Below are positions 27,216 through 41,173 of a stretch of 64,000 nt of DNA, piece after piece. A program made the position numbers and the translations under genes. Where the stretch lies: the NCBI RefSeq assembly GCF_009914755.1, contig NC_060929.1; one strand, written 5' to 3'. The DNA is from the human T2T-CHM13v2.0 reference genome, Homo sapiens. The notes under the pieces are model-generated. The model had not been told where the DNA came from, did no database searches, and saw only the letters and a list, made by a program, of their open reading frames with translations. Every line of letters begins with the position of its first letter. The stretch's first letter is position 1.

Positions 27216-28225
27216 TTTGTTATTTTTTAACGTACTATGTTATTGCCACTTCATTATTCAATTTCACAAACCTAATATCAATGGAATGTTACTCCTTTTG
27301 AATGATAATCTTGGGCACCTGGACCACTCCCTTTTATTTCTGGCTGCCAAATACCCCTGCTGGTTTTCCAGCTTGCCCCTGTTTTGTCCCATTATCCTTG
27401 TTTAGTGAGGTTAATAAATAATGTTTGTGAAAATCCAGTCAGAGGAGCCTTTCCTCAGATGCTGTTTCCCTTACTTTTAGTCCCCCTTCCCTGGTCTCTT
27501 TGCTTTTTACCCACCTGCTCTGCCCTGTCCTCAAGAGGCAGAAATACTGCCTCAAAACCTGGTCTCTGAGACCCTGGCTAATGTGAACTGGATTCTCCTT
27601 TCACCTTCAATGTCAGTGTCATAACAGGCTCCATTTGCCTGTCAGTATAGTCTTTTATCTGTTTTAGCACTTTTCACAGCCAAGTCACTCCTCCTGTCTG
27701 CTTCCCAGCCTCTCAAGAAAAAAAAAAAAAAAAATGCCTCTTATATTCCTCCCTGGAAAGTTGCACATAGGATGTTTGGTCCTTGCTGGCCAATACATAG
27801 ACTCGGTTTCTTTGGCTCACAGGCAGTGCCCCTTGTCCTGAACTTTATTCTGTCATCATAATTAGCCAGGAAGAGCTGTTTTCCTGTTGGAGCTGGTGAA
27901 TACTAAGGACTCTTCTTTCCTTTGTTCCCAGGGGTCCCACTTCATTTTCCCCCACTTTCCCAATGTTTTCCCACCTGGCCATCATCTCTTGGCTCCTAGA
28001 AAACCAGAGGGAACAACAGTAAACTATGGCCCAGCAATAAATTCGAGATAACCATTTACTCTGATCACTCTGCACGATGGAGACCATGTGGCTCACAAAG
28101 CCTGAAATATTTACCACCCGGCCCTTTGCAGAGAAAGTTTGCCACCTTCTGCTCTAGAACAGTGGTTCTCAACCCTCACTGCACGTTGGAATTACTTGGA
28201 GAGCTTTTTTAAAATACTGATGCCT

Positions 28226-28562
<337 letters not shown>

Positions 28563-29358
28563 CTAGACATCTGCATTTTCTAAATGCTCCCCAGGTGTTT
28601 CGGATGCACAGTGAGAGTGATTGTAAACATTCAACGGACATGAGAAAAGCAAAAACAAACCAAAAAAAATGCCTCATGTCCCCTCTCCCTTCTTCCTCCT
28701 CCCCACACTCCCCATACAGGTGCACGTGTGTGCTCATGCACACACATGTGTAATTGCCCTCATGCACCTTGTCTATTCCCTCCCCTGGGGGTTGGAGAGC
28801 TCCAGCTCTGGAATCCTGTCTCACCAGCAAGACCCAGTCTAGTAAGAAATCAGGAACATCTGGGAGAGCTCATGTCCGCCCGTGGCCTGGAACTGAAACT
28901 TGGCTTTGCTGGAATTTCTTCTTTTTGACTCACTGAGCATTGCCAGCTTTCAACAGGTTCTGTTGGGAGTGTGTTCCCCAGAGCAGCTTGGAACTTCTTT
29001 CCTGCCCCTGCTTCCCTCCCTTCCCCCAAGGCACTCCTGCTCCAAAAATGGGGCCCAGCCTGCCCTCCCGCTGTTTGGCTGTTGTAACTCCCAGGTAAAG
29101 TTTTAACATGGCACAAGGTGACCCCACAAAAAGTGTAGTTTCTTGAAGCTTATGGCTTTTCTCTGAATATTTCTCATTTTTCTCCTGTGATCTTTGCAGC
29201 TTTCCCACCTCATGTCTTGCCATCTGGCTGCCTTGCCAGGCACTTCCCACGAGAGGGGACTAGGTAGCTTACAGGGAAAGGGAAGAAGAGAGATGAAATG
29301 TCTGGGGCTTTCTAAGGGTTTTTTCAAAAATGTTAAATAAACTCCTGTTTTCACACAG

Positions 29359-29450
29359 CACACCGTTCCGGAAGGCAAAAGCCTTGTATGCCTGCAAAGC
29401 TGAACATGACTCAGAACTTTCGTTCACAGCAGGCACGGTCTTCGATAATG
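29359..29450 (+). CDS. ARHGAP26: ARHGAP26 penultimate exon, N-terminal half of the SH3 domain
   Basis: Acceptor ttttcacacAG (29357-29358). The 92 nt encode (S)TPFRKAKALYACKAEHDSELSFTAGTVFDN(V) with SH3 ALY...ELSF motifs. Donor G|GTGAGT at 29451. Confidence 0.97.
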
Positions 29451-30812
29451 GTGAGTTTCTCATCCCCTCACAAAGATATGGGCGGGGGGCGGGGGCAAGG
29501 GGAGCACATAAATAACTGGCATTTTCAAAGCTCCTCCCGAGGGAAAATCTCAATACAATGGGTAAGAAAAAAAGTGTGTGTGCGTCTGTGTGTGTTGGTT
29601 TCTGTGTCTTTTCCCAAAATAAAATAGCAGCAGCAGGACTTCCGGAGACATTGTGAAGAGTGGACTAGTGTAATCAGCTCCATGTTGAGTTGTTACCACT
29701 GTAAATGAGATTGTGCCTGCAAAAGACCCAGCCCAGGACCTGGAAGTGGCTTTAAGAGATCATACACATCACATGTTTAAAATGGTACTCAACATGTATT
29801 AAGCATTCACTAAATTAATATTTTTATTATTAAAACCATCATCATCATTGTATCCATCTTCGAAAAAGGCCCTGATGCTCTCATAGTTCACAGTGACAGT
29901 TTTTCCTCACTTTTGTCTGGGCAGTGGGTGCTGCACCTGATTCCGTGGGTCCTGGCTGCATCTGTAAACACATTCCAGGCCAGAGCAGAGATGAGTTCCT
30001 GGGGACCAGCCCTTGACTGTAGTCACGTCCACAGGGGCTGCCATTGTGTGTGCCCAGCCCCTGCATTCAGCATAGCAGAGATATCCATCAGGTACAGGTA
30101 GACAAAAGGGGGAACAAGGCACAGAACATGAGGGTCTCTCCCAGGTCACACTCAACCCTTGGCCTTCTGGGTCAGCAGGAGTGGGAGGGATTACCCCAGA
30201 ACTGCATGTGGGCGTCTGAGTCTGCATTCCCTTTTATCGTTCTCAAAGCCTCAAGCACTGTCCTTAAGCCTTTGCTCCATTAACTTTCATCTAGGCCCTT
30301 TATAAATCAAAATGCACAAACAGCCAGCCCAGCCACCTCTCCTGTCCACAGCTGGTGCTTGCAGGCCCCAGCAGACTGCAGGTGCAGTGGGTCTGCTGAA
30401 GGCTGTCCAAAGCCATTTCACTGGTGAGTGTCCCCCACACAGGCCCAGGCGGCGGAGTCCTGGCCCTGCCGTAACATGACACGGCCCTTGCAGAAGACAA
30501 ACCAGAATGGGCTGCGTTGCTTGGGCTTCTGCCCCCCTGCTTTGTCAGCAAGGAAGGGGCTTCTGCCTATAGAAGAGCAGGATTTGAGAGATTCCTACAT
30601 TGACAGGTGAATCCAGGGCTTAAAGGTCTGTCCTCTAAGTCCCAATTCACTGCTCATATGGGCAGGGGATCATCATGTTTCTAACAACCATTCCCTCTGA
30701 CAACACAAAGGACTCCTGATCTCAGGGGCAGAATTGTTTTAAACTATCAAAAGTTATGTATATGCTTCTGTCTTCTTTTTGATTCCTTTTGGTGAGTGCA
30801 GCCTTCTTCCAT

Positions 30813-31440
30813 TTTTTAACGGTTTATTAAGATAGCCATACAACATACAATTTACCCATTTAAAATGTACAATTCAATGGTTTTTAGTATATTCAGAGTT
30901 GTGCAACCATTGCCACTATATAATTCCAGAATATTTTCATCACCCCCAAAAGAAACCCCATACCTTTTAGCAGTCATGCCCCACTTACCACAACCCATTT
31001 CCATCCAGCCCAAGGCAACCACTCTTCTACTTTGTCTCTCTAGATTTGCCTGCTCCGGACATTTCATACAAATGGAATTATATAGTATGTGATCTTTGAA
31101 ACTGGATTCTTTAGTTTGCATAATGTTTTCAAGGTTCATCCACATTGTAGCATGTCAGAACCTTCTTCCTTTTTATGTGCGATGGTATGGATATAGCACA
31201 TTTTATGTAAGCTTATTCATCAGTAGATGGGCACGTTGTTTCCTCTTTTTGGCTGCTTGAATAATGCTGCTGTGAACATGTGTGTAGGTTTTTGTGAGGG
31301 CGTAGGTTTCCAGTTCTCTTGGGGATATACCTAGGAGTGGGATTGCAGGGTCATATTAATTCCGTGTTTAAGTGTTTGAGGAAATGCCGAACTGTTTCAC
31401 AAAGAAGTTGCACCATTTTACCATTTTATGTTCCTACCTT
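30813..31440 (-). mobile_element. L1MB-like 3' end, antisense
   Basis: ttacccatttaaaatgtacaattcaatggtttttagtatattcagagttgtgcaacc...tatacctaggagtgggattgc. Confidence 0.88.
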
Positions 31441-33059
31441 CTTTCATTTTTAAGTCTTTCTGCAGTAGCTTAAATAGTTAAGCATAAAGGGGGAAAAAGG
31501 AAGAGAAGCCTGGATGATTGTTAACTGCCAAGTCCTTTTTTTCCCCAGCAGAGTGTCCTTCAGCTTCCACAGCCATCTTCACTGCCACACCGAAGCTCCG
31601 GGCACCTCCACCTCTCACCTGGGCACTTCCACTGGCCGCCTGACACATCTTCTCACATCTGCTCTTGCTGCCATAACCCCCTCTTTACAGAGCAGCGAGA
31701 GTGATCTTTGAAAAACGGAAATGGCATTAAAGCCCTTCAGTGGCCTCCCATTGCTCTGAGAATTACTTACAAGGCCCTCCAGGGCCCAGTTTCTGCCCCT
31801 CTGACCTCATGCCCTCACTTGACATACTACAGCCTCATGCCTTCTTCATGTTCTCAAGCAAGGTCGGCAAACTATGACCTGCCCGTCAAATCCAACCTGC
31901 CACCTGTCACCTAACAATTCTGTAACTGCTCCCACATACAACATGGTCGTCATCATAAATCCTATAGGTATTGTTGAGAGCAGGAGGAAAGTTTGGTTGA
32001 GTGAGTGAGAGACCTTACCCAAGCCTTCCTGTGGTCTCTAGGAGTCATGGCAGAGTTCGCTGACACTGGTCTGCTTTTAACCAGCCTTGCCAGTGACCTT
32101 TCAAATTCCCTGAGGAGCAAAAGGCCAAATTGAACCTGAAAGAAAACACCTCTCAGTGTTGACTGAGTTGCAGTAGAAAATGGACCTGACAAAACGTTAG
32201 TACACTTTCTCAATTGGGTTAGCTCAAAATATGTTATTAGGTCTTTTTTCCAGAGGAAAATGCTTACACAGACCCTCTTCCTCCCCACTCCTTCACCTCT
32301 ACAGGAGAAAATGAGGCATTACAGAACACTATTATTCTGTCAGGCGGTGGGTGGGGTGGGGGGTCTTTTTCCTTGTTCCATTTCTTGTTAGTTTACTGCT
32401 GGGGATATGAGGTAAAGGCTGTTTAATTTGTATGCTGTGTAGTTGTCAGATTAAATCATCAAACCAATCAGAAAGTGCACGTGTGTGTGTGTATGTGTGT
32501 CTTTTTGTGTGTTTCAGGATTAAGAAGAATGAATAAGGAAGAGGAAAAGGGAGGGGCCCGTGGAGGGGAAAGTCTGTTGTTTCGTAATGATTAATCTTGA
32601 AGCCTTTGGATTCCAGGGGCCCCTACTGTGACTCTGGAGTGGCTGCTGCTGTCAGCTCATGGGCTTTGTGCAGTGGGAAATGGATGTGCAATACGTGCAA
32701 TACCTAGAAATAATTCCAGTGTCATCCCTGGCCAATCTACTGGGAAACTGTCCATTTCAACAAGAGCACCTCAGACAGTAACTGGAAAGAGAAATAGCTC
32801 ATATTCTCAGGAACGTTAGTCATCTTGAAGCAGCATGATTCGTGATACCTGGAAAATGCACATGGCAGTCACTAAAATTGGGTTCTAGGGATACTTTTAA
32901 TAAGATTTGAGAGGAGCTGGATCCATTCATTCCCATGGTACCTAACACAGCACCACTACACAGCAGGCCTGTCCCAAATTTCCTTTGCTGCTGGAGAACA
33001 TCCTCATGGGGGAGCCCCCAAGCTGCCTAGGAAATGGGTTAACAGGAGGGCACTCAGGG

Positions 33060-33810
33060 ATCTCCTTCAGTTTCTCCAGCCATCTTTGCTGCCACGCCCA
33101 AGCCCAGGCCACCTTCACCTCTCACCTGGGCGCTTCCACTGGCCGCCTGACACATCTTGTCACTGGCTTCCACTCTTGCTCCCAGAACCCCTTCTTCACA
33201 TAGCAGCAAGAGTCATCTTTGAAAATGAAAATCACATCATGTTATTTCCTGCTTAAAATCTATCAGTGGCCTCCCACTGCTCTGAGAATGACTTACAAGG
33301 CCCCTAGGGCCTAGTTCCTACCCCTCTGACCTCCTCTCACCCTCACTTGACATACTGCAGCTTTGCAGGCCTTCTTTATGTTCTCAAGTAAGGTCAGCAA
33401 ACTATGACCTGCCAGTCAAATCCAACCCGCCACCTGTTTTTGTAAATAAAGCTTTACTGGAACACAGACACTCATGCCTTTGTGTCTGCGTGTTATCTGT
33501 GGCACTACAGTGGCAGAGTTAAGGAGAGAGACACTCTCACTATGAGGCCCTTTAAGAAATAGATGCACACCACTGTTCTAAAATCATGCCCAGCTTTTTC
33601 CCGTCACAGGGCCGTTGTACTTGCACTACCCACTGCTCTAGTCTTTCTCTCTCCTTTTACCACTACCTAAAATTATATGCTTGCTTATTGCTTGATTGTC
33701 CTGCCGAGCAAAATCTGGTCTGCTTGTTCTGTGCTATGTGCAAGGACCTAGCATGGTGTCTAGCACGTGGTAGGTGCTCAGTAAACATTTGTTAAATGAG
33801 TGAATGTACT
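33060..33810 (+). mobile_element. L2 fragment with nested MER58-like element (~33390-33575)
   Basis: L2 3' motifs (cagtggcctcccactgctctgag; gcacgtggtaggtgctcagtaaacatttgttaaatgagtgaatg) and MER58 motif aggtcagcaaactatgacc...tttgtaaataaagctttactggaacacag. Confidence 0.75.
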
Positions 33811-34194
33811 TTAATTACCCAGGGGTCTGCACCTCTTTTAGTTAAGACTTCTTTTGGGGACAGTCAGCCATTAGAGACCTTAGTCACACACTTGCTCCCT
33901 GTCCATGGTGAGTGAAGGAGGGCAGAAGACATGAGTTGTGTACACAGGGATGTATGGTGTACATGGGTAGAGCCGAGAGAAAGTGGTTGGCAGGAAGCTC
34001 ACCCATGTCCCCAGCAGCTTATATTTAGTATATGCTGTTGAGCTGAAGAGCCACTCAGGCAGCTTGTGGCAACACCTTTTGTGTTTGTATAGCATGTTGG
34101 ACACTGGTGCAGTTCAGTGTTGCACATTGGCGCCATTCAGCCCAACAAGCACTTAGCATCTTTGATGTTCAGAGCATTGGGCTAGGCAACAGCA

Positions 34195-34720
34195 GTAGTA
34201 GTTAAGGTGACAGACTCTGGGATCAGATGTCTTGGTCTCTGATTCATTTTCATTGTCTACCAGCTATTAATATTTAATTTTGGCCAAGATGCTTAACTTT
34301 TCACAGCCACAGTTTTTCATCAGTAAAGTGAGGATAATAGCAGAACCAACTCCATAGTCATTCTGAAGATGAAAGGAGGAAACTCAGGTGTGAAGTGCGT
34401 ATTCGCAAAGGGTCTGCCACCTGGCATGTGCTCAACATGTTATCATCCTTATCAGCATGGGTCACACCCTCTGGTTAAATAGAGGCCTGATACAGTGGGA
34501 AGGGAGTTGGTCTCTGGAGTCAAACAAGCTGGGTTCAAATTTTGGTTCCAGTATTATGACCATGCACAAATTATTTTACCTCTCTGAGCCTTAATTTTCT
34601 CATCTGCAAAATACAGATAATAATAATACAAGCTGGGATCCTGAGGATCAAATGAATCAACATGTCTAAAACTCCAAGCACACAGCAGCTTCATAACATA
34701 TCTAAGTGTTAGCTTGTATC
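34195..34720 (+). mobile_element. Two adjacent MIR copies
   Basis: gtagttaaggtgacagactctggg...cagtttttcatcagtaaagtgaggataatag and tctggagtcaaacaagctgggttcaaat...ctctctgagccttaattttctcatctgcaaaa. Confidence 0.75.
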
Positions 34721-36884
34721 ATTATAATTCACGAGGCAGAAGGGAGTTACTGAAGGTTGTGGAGCCAGGAAGTGCTATAATCCAAACCAAAACGCACTGA
34801 AAAACTAGATAGAGAAGCAAAGCTTAGCACGTTTGAACAGCATATAAATAGGACCCATGAATACTATGTGGAATGTACTATGAGCATTTTAGGTGTCTGG
34901 AGGAGGAGGGAGCAGGTAGAAGGGATTCCATGGTAGTATTTACAAAGGAAGTGGGGCTTCAGCTAAGCCTTTACATGGAAACAGAAGACAGCAGAAAGAA
35001 AGGGGGCACTGGTGCTGCCTCCCTCCTCTATTAGTAAATGACAATTTGCATTTTATCTCAGAGGCATTTGGGCACAGAAAAGTTATAGCTCCTAACTTCC
35101 TGTGAGCTAGTGAAAATACAGGTTCCTGTGTCCCATTCCCAGAGATTCTGCTTTAATTGATTTGCCATGGGGCCCAGGAATGTGCAGTTTGAATAAGCAT
35201 CCTGAGGGTTCCGAAGCACATGGTCTGGCACATGCTTTCGTATAAATCCTGGCTTGAAGCCTCAGTGAGTCAGCAGTCCAACCCAAAGGCTGTGTTATCT
35301 CCTGCCATCTCCTGTGACCTACCTTTTGGCCTCCAGTTTGGAGGGCCTCTCTTGTCCCCTCTAATTCTTCCCTTAGCCCTCAAATTGCATTGTAAATGTT
35401 TTCACCCCAGTACCTGTGCTGTGGGTGAACAGCTAGCCAGGAAAAGGAGAAAGGTCTGAAGGAGATGGACTCAGTGCATCCAGTAGAGTAATAACTCAAC
35501 TTGGAGCTTGGCTATAAAGCGGGAGGGCCTGGTTTTTGTTTTTTTGTTTTGTCAGTCTGGCTGCTTTATTCTTTCTACGTTTTTATTTTGGAGAATGGGT
35601 TTGATTTGTTAATTTTATTCTAAACATTTGATTTTTCCTGAAGCTTAGGTGGGTGGTAAGGGCCATCTGGTTTTACTAGGTCGCTACTAGGAGGGGGTCT
35701 TGCTGAGCAGTCCCGATCCAGGGTCTCCTACTGACTAGCCTGTACTGAGCATTTGCTCTGTGCCTGGCTCTGTGCCGAGTGCTTTATCCACACCAGCTCC
35801 TTTCATATTTGCAAGAACCCAGTAAAGGGAAGAGGGTCTTGTTGTCACCAGTATGAAGTGCAGAAACTGAAGTGATCTTGGAAGCTTTGGTTGGATGGAT
35901 GGGCAGAGGGCAGGGGTATATGGGTGTTCTTTAAGAGTGGCATGGGAGAGCTTTGGTCATTGGAGAGGCCAGGTTGCTTTTAAGTTGTGTCTTCTTCCAA
36001 GGCACTTCTCTCCCAGACTGTCTCTTGTGTGGGTTGTCATGAACCCAAAGTATCCTTGCTGTTTATTCCTGAAGCTTAGTGATCTGAAATCGGCCAACTT
36101 TGGAGGCCAACTAATAGATGTTTAACCTTGTCTTTTCCTAAGGAGGCACTCAAGGTGTACCCAAAGTTGACTGACACTGATCTTCTGGAAGCCTCAAGGC
36201 TGATTCTTTTGCTGCCTCCCATTTGTCTCCTTTGGTTTCTGTTCTTGCGTCTTTCCCTACAAACTGAAACTAGAATTCTGTAGCAGTGTCGGAGCGGAAA
36301 TGCTTTTCTAAAACAAGCTCAGGAAGTCATTTAATTAGCCCAGGAAGGGAATAGGGGAAAATCTATTCTCTCCAAATAATCTTGGAAAATTGGAGTTTTC
36401 CTAACACATTAAGAGTAAATGTCCTGCCTCACTGCAGAGTGATCTGTACATCTTCAGTTGACAAGCATGAACATCCCCCACCTCTTAGTCCCATGATTCC
36501 TTCTCTCTTCCTTCCTGCTATTGACTACTGTGCAGACTCAGCTGGATTTTAGATAATCTTTATAATATCACAATGGTTTCCATGGAGATGGATCATGATG
36601 TCACAAAAGTAGATATATATTCTTTGGATACTGAAAAATCAAAGGGCAATAGAGGGAGGAAGAGAAGAATTTTCAAACTGGTATATAGAGGAGGGGGAAA
36701 TCTAGAGAACAGGAAAGAAAACTAAGAAAGGGTGTGAGTGAAACAGAGAAATGGCTATTCAAAGGCTATTCAAAATGACAGCAACCAAAAAAAAAAAAAA
36801 AAAAAACCCCAGAAAATTTGCAAGGAAATTAGAAGCAGGGGGTAAGGATTTGAAGGAAAGTAAGATGATGACAAGAAGCTGGAT

Positions 36885-37184
<300 letters not shown>

Positions 37185-37261
37185 TCTAGAAGCTGGATAT
37201 CTTTAAAGAGTAGTTCTTAGCAGTCTTCCATGGGCACTGCACTGAGTACATAGTTGATACT

Positions 37262-37350
37262 GGGCAGGTGGGTGGGTGGATGGATGGAAGGAAGGAAGGA
37301 AGGAAGGAAGGAAGGAAGGATGGAAGGATGGATACATGTATGGATGGACC
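37262..37350. repeat. (GGAA)8 / (GGAT)n / (GGGT)n microsatellite
   Basis: Eight perfect GGAA units at 37286-37317 flanked by GGAT/GGGT units. Confidence 0.95.
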
Positions 37351-37615
37351 AGGACAACTGTTGCCCTCTAACAAGAGTAGGAATCTGTCACTTCTTTGTA
37401 GTTTAAACCAGGAGCTTCAGAAAATCCGTGAAACCCCTAAAATTGTACACAAAATTTTGTATGTCTGTGTCTGTTTCCTTTTTCATTGTAAAGAAAGTTC
37501 AGGACAGCTTTCATCAGAAGGCTTATATTCCACAAAAGGTTCAGAACCTTTGGTTTAAACTTCTAGAATGATGTAACTTAATAAGTGATTGTACTCATTG
37601 TCCAAGCTTCCTTCA

Positions 37616-37654
37616 TACACACACACACACACACACACACACCCCACACACACA
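37616..37654. repeat. (CA)n microsatellite ~60 nt upstream of the last-exon acceptor
   Basis: acacacacac... run with one ccc interruption. Confidence 0.95.
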
Positions 37655-37715
37655 TCTGCCGCCTGCTCTATCTGTAATGCCATCTCTTCTCGCTTTCTCT
37701 CCCCTTCCTGTACAG

Positions 37716-37804
37716 TTCACCCATCTCAGGAGCCTGGCTGGTTGGAGGGGACTCTGAACGGAAAGACTGGCCTCATCCCTGAGAATTACGTGGAGTTCCT
37801 CTAA
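37716..37804 (+). CDS. ARHGAP26: ARHGAP26 last exon, coding part (C-terminal half of SH3 and stop)
   Basis: Long polypyrimidine tract and tacAG at 37714-37715. Encodes (V)[28 protein letters not shown] then TAA (37802-37804), with the SH3 GW...GLIPxNYV signature. Phase 1 matches the previous exon. Confidence 0.97.
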
Positions 37805-40413
37805 CCGTGGGCCCCAGCAGAACTGCTGAGCTTTACATGGTATCCATGACAACTGCTGATTCCAGTGTCGAGGCCATTTCTCTTTGCCACTGAGAAATGC
37901 AGCGTGACTGACTCTGTTGCTACCTGTCAACATGAATGTTTCTGTGAGCTCTGGTGTCACTCATCTCCATGATCATCTCAGCCAACATGCATCAGTACTG
38001 CAAGAAAAGAAGTCAATCAGCAGAGGAGAGCATTTGATAACTAAGAGGAAGACTTGCAAAGCCGTTTTCTCATGAGTACCCTGAATAGGGGGCACTCATT
38101 TTGTTTCAACGGTCCAAACGCCCAACCTTCAGAAAGAGGAAGTCAGATAGAAATAGTCCCTGAGAGCACACTGTGTAGCTAAGCCTGCTGGGGCTGGGTG
38201 AAGAAATTGGCGCTGAGATCCAGGCTGGATCCATTGCTTTTGTTTACAATAGGCACTCTCTCTACCCCACCTCTCAGTACTTGAGACTTAAAGTGCTACA
38301 GGCAGCTGGATCTGTTTGCATGCAGGATGAAGAGGGTTAAAACACTGTTTATATAAGATCCAATCTCTCACCATCTCTAAAGCAGCCGTTGGCCTGTCAT
38401 CAGTGAGATACAATCCAGTCTTCTCATGCACGGGAACACACACACCCTGCGTTTCTCCCTCCCAGGCTAGGAACCTCTCTGCCACCAAGGGCTGCCATCC
38501 ATCGCCTAGTAACCACGGCAACCCAACCTACTCTAAAACCAAACCAAAAAAATAAAATAACACATCCTCTTTGCATGACACATTTTTTTTCTCCCCTTTT
38601 TGGTACACTTTTTTTGAATGGTTTTCTAACAACTTGAAGCACAGGATCAAGGAATTAGGGTGGTCTACTTGAGGCAGATGGGATAGTAGCTGGGAACTGT
38701 TCCCTTTCTGATTAATTTCAGCAGCATCGGAATATATTTGGAGCACACCCTAGTAACCTCTTGAGATTAAATTACATAGTCTTAATATTTCTGTTCCTCC
38801 ATGCAACTGATGTTTGTTTTTTAAAGGGTAAGATGCTGCCTCCCAATGGGTGATGCCATCTGACTGGTTTCCCCATGTCCTCCCATTCACCCATCTCTGC
38901 TCCCACCCTTGCCTGCCTCTAACCCACCACTGGCCAGCCCCCTTGCCCTACTCTGGGCTGCTGAACACTGGTGCTGTGGTGGTTTTCAAGGTTAATTCCT
39001 AGGCTAACCGTATGGCCTATAGTTTAAAAGCACATCTATGTTCACTGCCACTCTGAAAAAGGGAATTATTTCTCAGTCTTTCAAGGCTTGAGACTAATAT
39101 AGGCCATTGTGATTCAGGAAGAAACCCAAGGTTGGAGGGTGGGATGAGTACCCTCTGAAAAAGGGAATTTGCTGGTGAAAAGAGGCTGGATCTTGTGGAA
39201 GACTGTCTTGGATGGGGAAGTACTACCTGGAGATTTCAAATTCACTTGGCCTGCAAACAACAGAGTTATCCGTATCTTCCACATGTGAATGTCATTGCAA
39301 GGGTGACTCTAGACAAACTACAAACCGATGGACCGTCAAGCTCCCCAGGAGCCCCTTGGATGGCAGCGTTGCTTCAGAGTGTTTCCTGTTTCTGGAATTC
39401 CTTGTTAGGGAACTTTAAAGAAGAAAAGAAAAACTTGAATTGTGTTGAATTACTGTATCTTTTACTTTTTTTTTTTGAAAAGATAAACTTGTAAATAGAG
39501 TGATTTGAAATACTATATGGCAAAGTTTTATATTTGATATTCTTTAAGTTAGTTGCTCACACACTTAGGCTTTGATTGCTGAAGAAGTATGTTTAAGAGG
39601 GAGAGAGGGGAGGCAAAGCTGAAGAGAGTCAAGGTCACTGTCCCCGCTTCGGCCTGAAGGAAAGAGAAGACATTTCTATGGCCTTGCTCTCTGCTGTCCT
39701 GTTGGTGGGCACGACACATCAGTGGTGTTCAGTCTTTATGTGTTTTTAAGCATCCCTTGGGCTTTGGATTTGGAGATGGGAAGAGCATCTCCAGGCAATG
39801 AGTTTTTCAAAGAATGCCTACTTAGTAGTAAGATGAAGCTCAGGATTTAAATAAGTGGGGTCAGGCATTCGAGTTTTTGTCTTTCTTCTCAGGTGTATTT
39901 CTTGGTACCCCCAAGATATCAGGCCAGAAAGAGATGAGTCAGTTGCTGTGCTCTTTACTTCTTTTTCTCCACATCTTCTGAGGCTTTAGAAATGTGGACA
40001 AGCTAGTTTTCAAATTTTGTGTGCGTCTGTAAGTTCTTAAAGAACCAGCTTCTTAGAATGTTCAGTTCTCAATGTGCTGCTGCTTTCCCTTCTCCTAAAC
40101 ATTTTAAAACTCTTCCCTTTCACCTCCAATTCCCGTGATCCCAAAAGAAGAGGAAGACTCCAGGAGGGGTATAGATTGTGCCGTCATAGCTTTACAGGTG
40201 GTTTTAAAGTTAGCAGGGGTTTGTCATGGTGATTCACTACTCAGTTTATCAGCTCAAGGATTATACAGCTCTTTTCCGGGAACTCACCCAGGAGCAAGCG
40301 AGACACTACCATTGAATCAGGGAATGAGAATTAAGAATGGACAGGACCAAGACAGAACTCAAGAAAGCCACTGGGGAAAACTCGAGAAGAAAGGGAGTAT
40401 ACTAGTAGGTTAG

Positions 40414-40845
<432 letters not shown>

Positions 40846-41038
40846 ACATTTGATGTTTGAAGTTGTAATCTGTCCCATCATAAACTTACCTGGAGCTCAT
40901 GTGGAGGAACAGAAGGCCAAGATCCTTGCTTTGGGGGTGCCTCACGAAGCATCCCTGTAGACACTTGGCCCCAGCTTCACTGCTTGGAAGCATGTCCCTC
41001 CCTCTTGAGTTGGCTCTGATTTGAAATCGGGAGAAACA

Positions 41039-41173
41039 GAGCTGCTGCCAATGGGATCTTTTAGGTAACTCCCTCCCTAGCTTCCGTGTGTCTGTGCAGT
41101 GCCCATGAGCTGCTGCCAATGGGATCTTTCAGGTACCCCCTCCCCAGCTTCCCTGTGGCTGTGCGGTGCCCTT
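41039..41173. repeat. Tandem duplication, ~68 bp x 2
   Basis: GAGCTGCTGCCAATGGGATCTTT...GTGCCC repeated at 41039-41106 and 41107-41173. Confidence 0.93.

Noticed and set aside
39195-39494. 99-aa ORF in the 3' UTR
   Set aside because: GTG start, no homology I recognise, and ends in a low-complexity AU-rich tract.
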